A stretch of 47,285 bases of DNA from Octopus bimaculoides (GCF_001194135.2 NC_068983.1:1673050-1720334), one strand, 5' to 3'; shown: positions 12,201 through 26,168, counted from the first letter of the stretch. Translations and numbers: made by a program. The notes: generated by a model from the letters alone, not told the origin.

Positions 12201-13839
12201 TAATTCATGAAACTGACTTGACGGAAGTATTGTCGAGTAGGGCGAGATGGTTTACAAACCCTTTTCCGTTTCTTTGAGGCCTGAGAGCAATATTTTCTAC
12301 GACACCGGTGCTAAGTTGTATCAGTCGTGTCTATGGTCTTTCTCTAGTATAAATATAGATGCCAGGAGAACAGGCATGCCTGCTGCCTACACAACCGTTT
12401 GCTATTGCTCGAAAACTATCCTATTCAAGCTTCTAAATATATGTGCAGTTGCATGGGAAATAATGACCGAGGGGACCCCTCTGTTTTATTAATTAGCCTT
12501 CATGACTTTTGATGTTTACCTCAATACAAGATTCTATGGAGCGGAATCTATGATCTACCGGGTTTGTTTTTAATATATAGAGTAAGTATGTGTGATCTTT
12601 AGGGAGATTTCGCGGCTATTTTACCAGATTTTTACAGGCACCGAGAAGCTTTCTCATTCGCCTTGAATGGTGACATTTTAAACAATACAGCAGCTAAATA
12701 CTTGTCACACAATTTTCAGAGCAACGAAATCCCGTTCCAGATGTTTATAATTTCAATTTTCCTTTTCAGAGGAAAGTTATTCTATACAGTACAGTTTTGC
12801 ACTTTAACAGTTTACATAGTTACATGGTATCCATTACGTCGGAAGCCAAATTATGCTTAGAGTTTGCAATGATGGAAGAGATCATTTCTTCGTAACAATC
12901 TTCGATAAAGTCCCTGCCCAGTTATTTATATGAAATGTATCGATGCAAGGAGGCGTTACTTTTGTTGTTGTTGTTGTTGTTTAGACGCAGATCTTTGATC
13001 AAAGACGTACTCTAAGTGACAATTCCGTCTCTTTTGTTGGCAGTGTGCGTCCAGTATTAAATAATTCAACAGGTCTTTATATTTCAAGAAGAACAAGCGA
13101 CCACGTGAAACGTCACTTGTTGATGGTTCTTCGACTTTGGTAGCTATATGGGTGAGTGGCAACACAATGCGTCATGAACAACATAGTTAAGAGTGTAGAA
13201 AGAGTACAGCTGATTGTAATACAGTCTACCCTTGTGTGGGAATTTAGTGTCGTGTTATATTTTCGCAAAGGGATGGAGTTATCGGACAGAGCTAAAAAAA
13301 TGGTATCATTTGTTTACAGCATAAAACACCTGCTGGCGTCCATCAACTAGATCGACTCACTCTTTGTCTGATCAAAAAAAAATGAAGAAACGGAGGATTG
13401 GATAAACACGTGGAAGGAAGTTTTATTCATATAAAATCGAAAACATATCGATTTTTGACAGATTGTTCTTTAAGAACTCTGCTTTTGCCCAGCAGATCTT
13501 TACCAGACGTTGCATACCTACCTAGAGTAATGAATGAAGGTATAAAGACCGGATCAAACTCTCCCTGAGTCAATATTGTGCATTTTGTAATGTCCATGTT
13601 CAACATATGAATAACATATATATATATATATATATATATATANNNNNNNNNNNNNNNNTGTGTGTGTGTGTGTGTGTACTGACAAAAATGAGGCAGTCAG
13701 ACTTTCGCATAATTCTTTATGAGAGCTTTCGTTCGTTAACAGAACTCTTCTAGCAAAAATTAAAACCCAACATTAAAACCAAAAGAGTTTTGTTAAAGAA
13801 CAAAAGCGCTAATGAATTCTGCGTATTTAGCAAGCAGGG

Positions 13840-13883
<44 letters not shown>

Positions 13884-14737
13884 GTGCCTATTTATCTAAA
13901 TAGTTAGACACACAGACAGAGAGATACATACATACATATTTGAAAAAAAAAAACTGAACAATCACATACATATATGCATGCATACATACATACATACATA
14001 CATACATGCATGCATGCATCTAAAGCAAAAAAAAAAATCTGGCGTTCCGTCGCTTACGATGACGAGGATTCAAGTTGATTCGATCAACGGAATACAGGAA
14101 ATACATAACAACCATTGAAATCTTTCTCATGACCTCTGTCTATTTTAAAACATGAGATTAATCATTGTAGTAGTATACGATGTAACAAAAAAAGGGTGGG
14201 GTTACTACATACTTGGCATCGTCCGATTAATGTTTACTACGCTAATAGTAACAATATATAGCAGATGATTTTTGCTTTTAAATTGCGCCAACTAGAATTC
14301 TGTAGTGTTGATGTGATTTTATCGTTAAATTTAGTATTTTCTGTAACTTTTGGATACTTACTATAAAAATATTCCATAATATTTGCAAATGTCTGACATG
14401 AAGTCAGTTGAAGAATTATTTTCAGGCAGAAGTATCACTATTCACCGTTTTATACTCAGGCCTCACCGTTTTAGACAATAGCGAGGGCTGTTACTTTTTA
14501 TGCGATACTAAATTTAACATGGTATTTTAGCATTATAAATACACACACACATACACGCACACATACACACACACGTATATATGTATATATAAATGTATAC
14601 ACACACACACATACACACGCACATATATGTATATATANNNNNNNNNNNNNNNNNNNNNNNNNNNNNNNNNNNNNNNNNNNNNNNNNNNNNNNNNNNNNNN
14701 NNNNNNATATATATATATATATATATATATATAAATT

Positions 14738-15270
14738 CTATAATTATAAGCATAATTATAATTAGAGTTCAGTAAAATTGCTTCACCACATACCGAAATT
14801 TAGAAATAGCAGTTAAATACTATTCCTCTACCATAAGATACCTCCCAAACAGCAATACTCTCAATTCACGTGTGTAAAGAGAAAAAATAACGAATCCACC
14901 CGGTTTTGATCAACTATATACGCGTTTCTGGTTTAAAGAGATGTAAAATTTTATTTTTACTCACGTATTTCTGTCTTCAGGGTAGAATTTTAATTGTAAA
15001 TTTGAGAGTGCTAATGATTAAAATACAACACTGAAGACGGAAATAAGAGAGTACATCTTTACATCTTTTTAATCCAGAAACGCGTATGTAGTTGATCAAA
15101 GCCAGGTGGTTTCGTTATTTTTTCTCTTTACCTACGGGAGTTGAGAGTATTGCTGTCTGGGAGATATCTTATGGTAGAGGAATACTATTTAACTGCTATT
15201 TCTAAATTTCGGTATGTGGTGAAGCAATTTTCTGAACCCTAATTATAATTATATTTATAATTATAGATTG
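14738..15270. repeat. Fold-back inverted repeat, about 255-bp arms, each with a hammerhead-like motif (PLE terminus)
   Basis: Arms 14738-14994 and 15017-15270 are reverse complements. The plus arm has CTGAAGA at 15031 and GAAACGCGTA at 15077-15086; the minus arm has the same at 14980-14974 and 14928-14919. Confidence 0.9.
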
Positions 15271-15439
15271 TTTGTATAAGGTTACCGATAAAGGTTATTT
15301 TAACATACCGAACTACTTGGTAAAATTATTAATTATTAATTACTAATTAATTATTTTACCCTTTATTATTATTATTGTATATGGGAGTGTATTAACGAAA
15401 ATGTTAGTACATATAAACTGGATTATCTTCTCTTTAATC

Positions 15440-16260
15440 ATATTCAATGGAGCTACATTCATTCAGCATCAGTAACTGATTTTATGCAACGTCTGAATCG
15501 TATACCTGCCCGAATTATATCGTTTCTGATTGAAATTACTTTGACTATAACAGCTTTCAAAGAATCTTTCGTGTTATGGAGGTGTTGATTGACAACAGCG
15601 CTACACACATAATAGTCCGATGGATTGAGAACTGATGGGTTTGGAGGCCAAATGTTAGAGGTTTTTTTTGCGGTCATGAAAATTCTTGAATTGCTTGAGC
15701 CTGGTGTGATAGCACAGAGACTTGCTGAAAAAACGTACGAACTTCCATCACATACGCTATCTATCCACAGCTTGGAATCTGTTTCCAGGACTTCAAGGTA
15801 ACGAGCAGAGTTAACTCTAATACCTTGTAGAAAGTAAAGAAGAAGCAACACTTGTCCGTCATTAGTGACACCTCCAAAAGTCATGACACTTGCAGGAAAT
15901 TTTGTGTGCATGACTGTTGGAACTTCAGAAGGATCTCAAAATAACTGTGTCAAATCGTCTGACCTTGATAAGAGTTTTTTTCTCAAAGCATGCTATGATC
16001 GTCTGGGATTTTAACTTTGTTTAATAACCTTTTAGATCTGACCAAACTGTGTTCCTTTGCATTTTCTGAATTGAATTTATCTCTCCTCATCATGCAAGAC
16101 TTGTTCCGAGTATCGTTGTGGACAACATTTCTTATTGTCTCTTCTGACACATGCAGATCTTTTGCAATTGACCTTATGGATTTTGTGGCATTTCCGTCAA
16201 TGGTCTGCTGAACTTTTTTGGTATAAATTCGGGTGTTCTGATGGTATCAGAGCGTGGGAA
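15440..16260 (-). mobile_element. Decayed Tc1/mariner (maT/DD37D-like) transposase
   Basis: VQQTIDGNATKSIRSIAKDLHVSEETIRNVVHND...KRLLNKVK; then MHTKFPASVMTFGGVTNDGQV...WPPNPSVLNPSDYYVCSAV...HNTKDSLKAVIVKV...IRFRRCIKSVTDAE. Confidence 0.88.
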
Positions 16261-16420
16261 TTCCTTTTGCCATTCCATACTAGAAATACCGTGTGTTAAT
16301 ATAATGAGAGTGTGTTAATATCATTGTAAGAAATATAAATTACATAAAGTTAATTAAAAACGGAGAAAAAACTAAAAAAATGTTATGTTCTAAATATCCT
16401 ACGCACCCTATCTATCTATC

Positions 16421-16464
<44 letters not shown>

Positions 16465-16505
16465 TATACACGTGTGTGTATACATACATACATACATACA
16501 TGCAT

Positions 16506-16538
<33 letters not shown>

Positions 16539-16710
16539 GTTGAAAGTTACAGAAAGACAAAAAGCGAAGACAGGTGTATGAACAACAAGTAGGTGTATTA
16601 GTTTGACGCTCGGTAATGTGAGAAAGTCTTTTACGTTTCGAGCCTACGCGCTTCAACAGAAAGGAATAAGAGAAAATAAACAGAGAGAGAATAAAAAAAT
16701 AACTTGTGGA
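16539..16710 (-). mobile_element. Solo PLE 3' terminus (pLTR-like) with hammerhead-like motif
   Basis: Reverse complement CCTTT CTGTTGA A GCGC GTAG GCTC GAAA CGTA AAAG; homologous to 29465-29645 and 40225-40402. Confidence 0.8.
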
Positions 16711-17857
16711 TTCCGGAACTGGGAATGGTGGGGAAGAGCATACATATAGCCATTTATAGGGACCTCGGATAAAGTTAATAAAATGCGTCCCTAGACTGTA
16801 GACCGATCCCGATTGCAGTGGAATCTGCTAAATGTCTTCAAGACTCTATAAGGCTTTTATTTTTTTGTTAAACTGTGAAACGAATCTACTGCAAGAATTC
16901 AAGAAGCAAATATAACAAGTTCTACAGACCGATGTTCCAACCATTCTGCCAAGACGATTCTTTCTATTTATTTTACTTTATTTTAGAGAGTTTGTTGATA
17001 TTGTTGATATTTAACACAAGGTCAGACCTGTTCGTGTCACTTTCCATCACATGTATACCAACCATGACATTCCCGATTCAATCAGACACAGAATTATATT
17101 ATGCAGTCTTATTTTAGAATTTTAAAGCAACAGCTTTGCTACTACAACTCTAGATTATTACTATTTTGTTCGTAACTTTGGTGTATGTTTCTTAAATCGC
17201 CTGTTAATATCAATACATGGTGATAGGGTGGTCACAACTGCTTATGATTGTTAGTGCTAATATTTCTCCAAATAGAGGTCACCATATATCCTGACAAGAG
17301 CAAGTAGAGTAACATCTCTTTTAATAATTTATTCCATAATATCCTTCACAGCGTTTCTTTCATAACCGCCAGTATTTTATCAGCTTCTTTTGTTAATTTA
17401 ATTATAAATTCTATAATGGCCCCTGAGATATTGTGCAGCTAATTCTTAAAAATGTACGTCTTTGTAATTATATTCTAATTGGTTGTTAATCACTAATTTT
17501 GTCATGCTAAAAATATTGTATTCAACTTCAGTGGTCTTGATTATTTTCGAAAACCCTTTCCTTCTACGCCATTTTGCTTTCATCTACTCCATCAATTCTT
17601 TTTATGAATTTCATCTCATCCTAATTTTTGTATCTAATATTTTGTTTATTTGAGATTTATATTAAGGTTTCCTATTGTATTACTCTATCAGTTACCATTG
17701 CTTCAGGTGGGTTTTGTTTTCCTGTATTTCCTTCTAAATTAATACAATAATTCAACGTTTCTTCCAGTTTCGCTTTCATTAAATTTAATAGAAGCTCCGA
17801 CATTCATAATTTATATCTTGTGATTCAGCTTAGATTGTCACACACACACACACACGC

Positions 17858-17899
<42 letters not shown>

Positions 17900-17953
17900 T
17901 TATATAATTTCTTTTTCCTTTTTCTTATTTACTTTGAAAGAAATATTCATAAC

Positions 17954-18186
17954 GCAGTGCGCTGACAGAATTGTTAGCGCTCCGGACAAAACGCTTAGCG
18001 GCATTTCGTCCGTCTTTATGTTCTGATTTCAAAGGTTGATAAAATAAGTACCAGTTGAGTAGTAGCGACGATGAAATAGATGTACACCCTTCATCGAAAT
18101 TGCTGGCCTTGTGCCAAAATTTGAAACCAATACTACGATACATTTAATGCGGCGAGCTGGCAATATCGTGACCTTGCCGGACAAAA
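17954..18186 (+). mobile_element. SINE family B (internally deleted) plus a second head fragment
   Basis: gctgacagaattgttagcgctccggacaaaacgcttagcggcatttcgtcc...ataagtaccagttgag...tggccttgtgccaaaatttgaaacca, then gcggcgagctggca at 18149. Confidence 0.8.
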
Positions 18187-19239
18187 AAATCAATATTTTG
18201 ATAAATTAATTATATGTAATTTCTTTGCAAATTTTCGTTTAACTCTCCAAACGTATTGGTCGAAATAGGTAAAAATTTGGATTAAATACGCTACGCTTCT
18301 TCACATTTAAAGTTCAAATCAATCCCCGAACATATATGTCGTACGCCCCAGGATTATGAATGTATTAAGATAAAACATGTGGTAAATATTGATTAGACCA
18401 TCCCGGATACAAGGCAATCATATTTACCAATGTAGCAAATCAATTTTTATCTCAAATTTTTATGTGATTCTAACCGAAAACTTATCGCTGTTCTTTATAT
18501 ATTACCATATGACTCCCAGAAGTTAATGTGGCAATAGCTCACCTCAACGCTCATATATGGTCAATAAATACTTGTCTAACGGAACCAGTTCTCTCCGAGT
18601 GTTTATAAAAATATCTCAAATCACCATTGAACTCTGGTAGAATCAAGTGGATTTTTGTTTTGATGCATAAAATATTTATCTATTTTTGTTAATTCGAATA
18701 GACATTATTAACAACTTTTTTTATTAACATTTTATGTATGTGTTTTACAATTATAATCCACTTACGTATGGCATAAAATTGCAATACCATTTGTTTAATT
18801 GTACTCTGGAAGTTTTACTTTGGCTTCAGATAATGCAGTGATAAAATTACTTGTTTAGATTTCGTCCATTTCTTAATGGATTTTCATGCAATTTGTCTGT
18901 CTTAGACTATTTTTAGTGGTCAATTTCATCGTTTGGCGTTATCCATGATTCCATTCTGTCGTTCACGTCCCATTATTTAGTGACTCGTAAATGATCAGCT
19001 AAAAATTATGTTGTTCTTGCTTAACCCCAAGTCAGCTTTAATTCAGTAAAAATATGATCAAACGCGTTCCAGCCGTGACCATAGCATGAGATTTTTAGAA
19101 ATAATTTATCTAACAAAACCCTGTTTAAATCGTAGATTATGGATGCGAAAGCTTCACCGTTTACCTTCATTTTCAGTCCATATATAAACTCACACATTTA
19201 CCGACATATTCACACATACACACATATATTATTAGTCGC

Positions 19240-19555
19240 TAGCGTGGCACCTTGAGCAAGTGTTTCTACTATGCCGCCGGGCCGCCCAAATCATTGTGAG
19301 TGGATTTGAGGATGTGATAGACGGAAACTAAAGGAAACCGTCCTATAATGTGTATGTATGTATGTATATATGTATGTGTGTGTGTATGAGTGGCTGTGTG
19401 TTTTGTTCCCCACTTAATAACCAGTGTTCGTGTGGTGGCGGTTCGGTAATAGTGATCGATGGAATAAGTACTGGGAATCGATTGGTTCGCCTGACAGTCT
19501 TCAAGGCCGCGATCTAGCATGACACCATTCTGTCGACTGAAACAAGGAAGGTAAT
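19240..19555 (+). mobile_element. SINE family A, headless long form
   Basis: gcgtggcaccttgagcaagtg...gacggaaactaaagg, a TATG tract, then ataagtactgggaatcgattggttcg...gactgaaacaag tail. Confidence 0.75.
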
Positions 19556-19777
19556 AAAAGGACATGTACTCATGTACTCTCAGTATCTCCTTTCACCTCG
19601 AACTTTCTTTCTGAGATGTCTTACTCTTCTCTCAACAAGTGCATCACGTGACAATGGTCGCTGATTTATAATATTAATATTCCTCTTGATATTTCTTCCT
19701 TCTCACCCATACACCAATGTAACTAAATCATAGTGTGAGGCCGGTGTCAGGGTGTAAATGACAGTAGTAGCAGCAGG

Positions 19778-19855
19778 AACAACAACAACAACAACAACAA
19801 CAACGACAACAGCAACAACGACAACAACAACAAAAACAACGACAACAACAACAAA
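19778..19855. repeat. (ACA)n/(ACG) trinucleotide tract
   Basis: Directly visible; source of poly-T and poly-V ORFs. Confidence 0.95.
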
Positions 19856-21056
19856 AGCAACCACAGCCACTATTACGAAAATGGCAAAATCATATCTTGC
19901 AGGCACTCCAATATCTTACTTGTTTTTTGGGGTTTCTTTTTTTTTTTTTGCAGGCATTCAATTATTTCCCGCAGATAACTAACAATCAATTCCTTTTCTT
20001 CGAAAACTATTCTGTACACATCTAACGCAGTCATTTTCAGCAGTTGTCAGCAAATGGCTCTTTCAGTTAAAGGGAAATCATTCGCTATATCATTTCTATT
20101 ATAACCTCTTCTATACTACATGCTATTGCATTGCCACAGTTAAATCCAATTAATAAGCGTAAATTCAAAATCCCGTAGAACGGGATTACGCGTTCAGCCA
20201 GCCATATTATATATACCCATTATTCACTTTTCCAAACTGTTGAAAAATGCAATCAGACTCGATCTACTGGCAGGCTACCCAAGGAAGGAGATGAAGTGCT
20301 TGGCTGTAATTCGAATTATAAAGATTAGCACAAATCTACACTCTGGTACTGAGTTGTATTTCTGCTGTTCGATCATCACTTACATAATGTACATGGCTAT
20401 GAATAAATCCATCTATCCATTCATCTATGAATAGAGACAATCAAAAATCATCACGTAAGATAATCATTTCTTTAAACAAGTTCTATTTAAATAATATACA
20501 ATGACAATACTTGAAAATCAAGCACTATTATTGTTACTATCAATGTTTAACTCATTAAACTGATGTAAAAATATTTAGAAATCAACTTTTAAAAAATACT
20601 CAATTCTTTCCTGTGATAAGCTTCTTATTTTACGCAATCATTGGTTGATTTGCATCAACGTTGTTCTTATTAGGACTAATTAATTTGCTAGAGAGCATAA
20701 CATTCTGAATTCATGGAATCTTAATATTTGTAATTGGACATATATGACAATCGGTTTGCGGTGTCATGTCTGTATAGATCTGTTGATTTTTTAAAAATCT
20801 TCACTATATTATTTTCTGCTACGAGTACTTCTCATTGCCTCGAATACACAATTCTATTATATAAAACTGAGTATCAGCTTGCCTTAACATTGTGTAGTGA
20901 AATAATGCAAACAAATATTAAAAAAAAATATATAAATTATATATAATGGATAGAATATAAATGCAACAAATATACTATAAATGCTGTCTATCAAATGTAG
21001 CGATTTGTTTTCAGGGGTGGAGTGAGTTATATTGTAAGCAGTATTAATCATTATAC

Positions 21057-21330
21057 TTATTTGGCGAGCGTAATGAACTTGAACGACTTCCATTTGTTAT
21101 CTATTTGTCCCTCGGTCGTTTTACTTCTGTAGACATGCGTTTTTAATGGCTGACCCTCGAAGCAGACTCGGGTAATCGGAAACATGGCGTTGATTATAAT
21201 GTTATGTAAAAACCAGCTGATGTTCTGCACGGCGTCCATCAGCGAACAAAACCAATTTTGTATCATCAAACATAACATCAATAAATTGAACTGAGCTGGT
21301 ATGAAGAAAATACTTCTGCGCATCAATAGC
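21057..21330 (-). CDS. Candidate exon of an unidentified gene
   Basis: Clean acceptor CTAAT-tcttgcttgctca-CAG|G at 21330. The frame is open to TAA at 21057 (LLMRRSIFF...FITLAK) or to 21202 (AIDAQKYF...LVFT). Non-repetitive and relatively GC/CpG-rich. No homology recognised. Confidence 0.2.
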
Positions 21331-22885
21331 CTGTGAGCAAGCAAGAATTAGATTATTATTCTCAACTTTCTGATATCTGAAATGATGCTGGAGAAAGATG
21401 TTACAGCAAGTTGTACAGTATCTGTAGAGATATAAATCTTTAATTTAAAATGCAGACTTTTCTTTACTTTGTGTCAAATATTGTCTCTTGTAAAAGCAAA
21501 TGAGAATTAAAATATACTGCTACATCGTATTGTAATCTGTAGAGAATAGTAATATTGCCGTTGCACTTTTCTTTTTTTTTTTTTTTGATTTGACATATTA
21601 AAAACAAAATCTGTAGAATAATCTACATATTTACGGTTTTTTTTTTTAATTATAGTTTCAGACAAAATGACGAGCTAGTGTAATTCTTCACTGTTTCGAT
21701 CTAATACCATCATGTGTCAAAATATGCATTCGACAAACTGCAACTTAAATATCTTGATAACAACAATTTCCGCTATAGTTTTACATCAGCGATTCGACAA
21801 ATGAGTGAAGAGGAACGAAGGAGAATTTCTGCCTTCAGAATTATTTTATATCCAAATGGAAAACGTCGGCAATTTCGAGAAATGAAAATAGATTGAAACA
21901 CTGAAAACATTTCCATTTGAAGTTTTACCATATCCATTTTTTACAAATGAGTTTTATGAGACAAATTCCTCGGCTCGGAGATTAGTTTTTAAGGGAAATT
22001 AGAACTGAATGTCGTTTATATATGAACAAAGTGACAGTTAAATGGGATGAGTGAGGTATGGGGGTTATGTCAATATTTTAAACGAAGAGTTGTTACAGAA
22101 AACAACTTTATTAGGTGTTTATGAATAAATGTTACTTTTAAATAAAGACACGTTGTTCAAAAGATCAGTATTAGATACAGCTGATTGTAAAACAGAACTG
22201 CACCAACGATTCTCTAAACGTAAGTTCAATGCAAATCAATAGATTTCTATGATGCAGTCAGGAGTACAGATCAATAAATCAAACCAGTCTTTGACTGTTT
22301 AAACAATTGATTTCTATATCAGCTTTATTATATAACATTTATAAAGCAATATATTACTTATCGTCTCTGACATCTTTATTTATTTCTTCTGTCGAATTAC
22401 TGTCGCGCTATTCCCACCTCCTCACATCATGAACAGCCATCGTCATCGTCATCGACGCCGTCACGGTATAGATTTCATTCATGTCCTTATTGCATCGTAT
22501 CAATTTATCGAATCGCTCCATGTAGAGTCACACTGAACCGGTAAACATAAACACAAATAAATACAGACTCACTCATATCACCATGACAATGATTGTTATG
22601 CGTCTGCCTGTAGCATCACTTCCTGTTTTGCTTCACATCTTTACCCGTATGTAGGTATGTATGTATGTGTGTGTGGGCGAGTGAGTGTGTGTGTGTGTGT
22701 GAGTGTGTGTGTATGTGTGTGTGCAGTAAGCTGCCACTTTTAAAAATAATATATTTTTCCATTTAAAAGAAGTAACTTATTACATGATTGGAACAAAAAT
22801 ATGAATTTCCATTCTGTTTGTCTATACTCTCTCTCACATACTTTCTCTCCCCCACTCTCACTCTCTCTTTCTTTCTCTCTCTCTT

Positions 22886-22926
<41 letters not shown>

Positions 22927-24009
22927 ATCTCTCCCTCTCTCTCTCTCTCTCTCTTCATATGTGTAATGGAACTTGCGTAGACACGTACATATGGTTCCAA
23001 ATATACGAATATAACTACTTTTTCTCTCTGTTTATCTGTCTCTCTTCATTTACATATGTCTGCACGTTTGTCTTTTTGTTTGTTTGTCTGTCTGTACGTT
23101 TCTACGAGTGTGTTTGTGTGTATGTATGTATGTATGTATGTATGTAGCTATCTATCTATATTCATGTGTGTTTGTGTGACATTCTTCAGTCTTATTTCAA
23201 GATTTCTTACCAAAAGAGAAAGAGCCGGTTTCTAACCTAGATTCAACCTTCTTCATTGGGATTTCAACATCAATAATGGGGTATTTTGGTATATATATAT
23301 ATATATATATATATGTGTATGTATGTATATATATATATATATGTATGTATGTATGTATGTTTACGTACAAGTTTGTATATTTTGTTTTATGTATGCATTC
23401 TCATACATATAGTTGCATATCTAGACATGCTCATATATATTTAAATGATAAACTGCTGGAAAGAAATACAGATTTTTACAGTTCCAGGGATGGTTTGAAT
23501 CTGTAGACTTCGAATCAGCTTTCCAGTTTTGAGAATTAAACCAACTTCACTTGTGCTTCCGAGAATCAAATCTATGTCATAATTTGCTCAGGTTGTGTAG
23601 ATAACTATATAGGGAAAACAAGTATGGCACTGGGAGGGAGAACCACACTACATAATGAACAGATCCGGTTCTCATAACACAGACAGATTCCTTTGAGTTA
23701 ACACATAGAGAGATGTTCAGGTAATATCCAACCAACTTCACAATTTTACCCATCTACTAGTGCAAAGAAACAATTTCTATATAGCAACGTTTAAATAAAG
23801 AAAATTTGTTCATCGAATAATACAGAACACATCTAAATATGAACGCATAACCAACTTTGATCTCATTACATATTTTAATCCATGATCGCATACCCATCAT
23901 TGTACATATTTCATTTTACTATTTTAGATTTTGGGTTATTATGAATATTTATCCCCTCCTCGAACGATGACCAATTACCTCCCCTGTCCCCAATAATAAC
24001 GATCACCGA

Positions 24010-24415
24010 TTACCTCCCGTTTAGCTTCCAGTGTATGTAGGTCCCAACTCTTTTGTGTCTGAGAATATATTCCTTCTTAGCCAGGACTGAGAAGCCAGAG
24101 ACAACATGATTTATTGTTTCTTGCCCCACTCCACATATTCTGCAGTTAGTTGTTATGTTTCTTTTCATTATATGTTTTTTGGTAATTTCTGGTAGGGAAG
24201 CTTTGGTCATGTGCTGCTACTAAAAATCCTTCGGTCTCTGCTTTGAGTCCTGAGCTTCTCAACCATTGCAGGTATTTTTCTCAGTCTATTTCTTTTGCAT
24301 TTAGTTTAGTCCAGTATTTACCATATAAGGGCTTTTCTTGCCATCGTTTTATCAGGGTCCGTTGCTGTACTAGTTTTTGTTTGGACTTCATTTGTTTTAT
24401 AGCTTTTGCTGTTTC
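24010..24415 (-). mobile_element. R4/Dong-clade LINE fragment
   Basis: KRWQEKPLYGKYWTKLNAKEID*EKYLQWLRSSGLKAETEGFLVAAHDQS, then after a frameshift NCRICGVGQETINHVVSGFSVLAKKEYILRHKRVGTYIHWKL (CCHC knuckle, RH motif). Confidence 0.88.
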
Positions 24416-24417
<2 letters not shown>

Positions 24418-24478
<61 letters not shown>

Positions 24479-24560
24479 TTCTTCTTCTTCTTCTTCTTTG
24501 TTGTTATTATTATTATCAAATCATCATTATCATCATCATGATTGCCATCATTATTATTAT
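24418..24560. repeat. Compound (CAT)n(CTT)n(TTA)n(CAT)n microsatellite
   Basis: Directly visible; source of poly-H, poly-S and poly-M ORFs. Confidence 0.95.
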
Positions 24561-25162
24561 TGACTTTGACAAGAAAGGTACAATCAACAAGCAACTCTCC
24601 AAATCTTTGTATCCGATTTGTGATGAATTTCAATTTAGAATATTTTGGCACATGTAGAAGCAAACTGCTTCTTTTCGGTGAGGTATTTCGTTTCGCTTGT
24701 CTTACTGGCAACGGGGAATTGTTTGGCTTAAAAGCCGCTTTCCAATATTGTTTGTTTTTCTTGGAGAAAAAAATGGACGCTTGTGCAGAAATAATAATAT
24801 TCATCGGGAATGTAACACGCATGAAATGTAAAAGTGTGTAAATGAGAAAGAGAGGAAGTAAAGAGGAATTACCAAAGTGCCAAGAGACTGTGCTGGAAGA
24901 AATGTTGCTGTGGTAACTATAACAACACCAGGCGATGTCAGATAGGAAAAGAATCAGTTTCGGCTGCTCCTGATTCGAAAGCAGTAGTCAGTTATAACGA
25001 CCACAATAATAACAACAACAATGACTAAGAGACCATAACTTCGTCTGCGGCTGTAGACAATAATGAGTGGATTAAACAGTCACTTGATCTCAGGGAAAAA
25101 ACAGCACACACACACACACACACACACATACAAAAACACACACTCACACACTCACACACATG

Positions 25163-25194
<32 letters not shown>

Positions 25195-25197
25195 TAT

Positions 25198-25363
25198 ATC
25201 GACGCGCTTCTTTCAGTTTTCGTCTACCAAATCCACTCACAAGGTTTTGGTCGGCCCGAGGGTATAGTAGAAGACACTTGCGCAAGTTGCCTGCCTGTGC
25301 GACTGAACTCGGAACGAATGTGGTCGGTAAGCAAGCTGCTTGACACACATGCACGCCTGCGCC
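25198..25363 (-). mobile_element. SINE family A
   Basis: Full head-to-body reverse complement of the 7975 and 34060 copies. Confidence 0.9.
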
Positions 25364-25383
25364 TATATATATATATATGCATG

Positions 25384-25421
<38 letters not shown>

Positions 25422-25449
25422 TGCATGTATATATATATATATATGCATG

Positions 25450-25485
<36 letters not shown>

Positions 25486-25954
25486 TNNNNNNNNNNNNNN
25501 NNNNNNNNNNNNNNNNNNNNNNNNNNNNNNNNNNNNNNNNNNNNNNNNNNNNNNNNNNNNNNNNNNNNNNNNNNNNNNNNNNNNNNNNNNNNNNNNNNNN
25601 NNNNNNNNNNNNNNNNNNNNNNNNNNNNNNNNNNNNNNNNNNNNNNNNNNNNNNNNNNNNNNNNNNNNNNNNNNNNNNNNNNNNNNNNNNNNNNNNNNNN
25701 NNNNNNNNNNNNNNNNNNNNNNNNNNNNNNNNNNNNNNNNNNNNNNNNNNNNNNNNNNNNNNNNNNNNNNNNNNNNNNNNNNNNNNNNNNNNNNNNNNNN
25801 NNNNNNNNNNNNNNNNNNNNNNNNNNNNNNNNNNNNNNNNNNNNNNNNNNNNNNNNNNNNNNNNNNNNNNNNNNNNNNNNNNNNNNNNNNNNNNNNNNNN
25901 NNNNNNNNNNNNNNNNNNNNNNNNNNNNNNNNNNNNNNNNNNNNNNNNNNNNNG

Positions 25955-26031
25955 GTGTCCATTTGCTCGACTAAAGGCGGTGCTCCAGCATGGCCGCAGT
26001 CAACTGACTGAAACAAGTAAAAGAATAAAAG
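25955..26031 (+). mobile_element. SINE 3' tail
   Basis: aaggcggtgctccagcatggccgcagtcaa.tgactgaaacaagtaaaaga, also at 37843-37900. Confidence 0.85.
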
Positions 26032-26041
26032 AATATATATC

Positions 26042-26095
<54 letters not shown>

Positions 26096-26135
26096 TATAT
26101 ATATATCTATATCTATGTACATACGCACACACACA

Positions 26136-26168
<33 letters not shown>

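Noticed and set aside
12247-12492. RT-like RGVPSVIISH on the minus strand
   Set aside because: No downstream YADD-type motif; likely chance.
14038-14098. Structured repeat fragment as an HDV-like ribozyme
   Set aside because: Truncated, and the pairing order does not fit the HDV double pseudoknot.
17250-17800. Possible decayed LINE N-terminal region (KLTKEADKILAVM..DIME)
   Set aside because: Too many stops and too short a resemblance to support a call.
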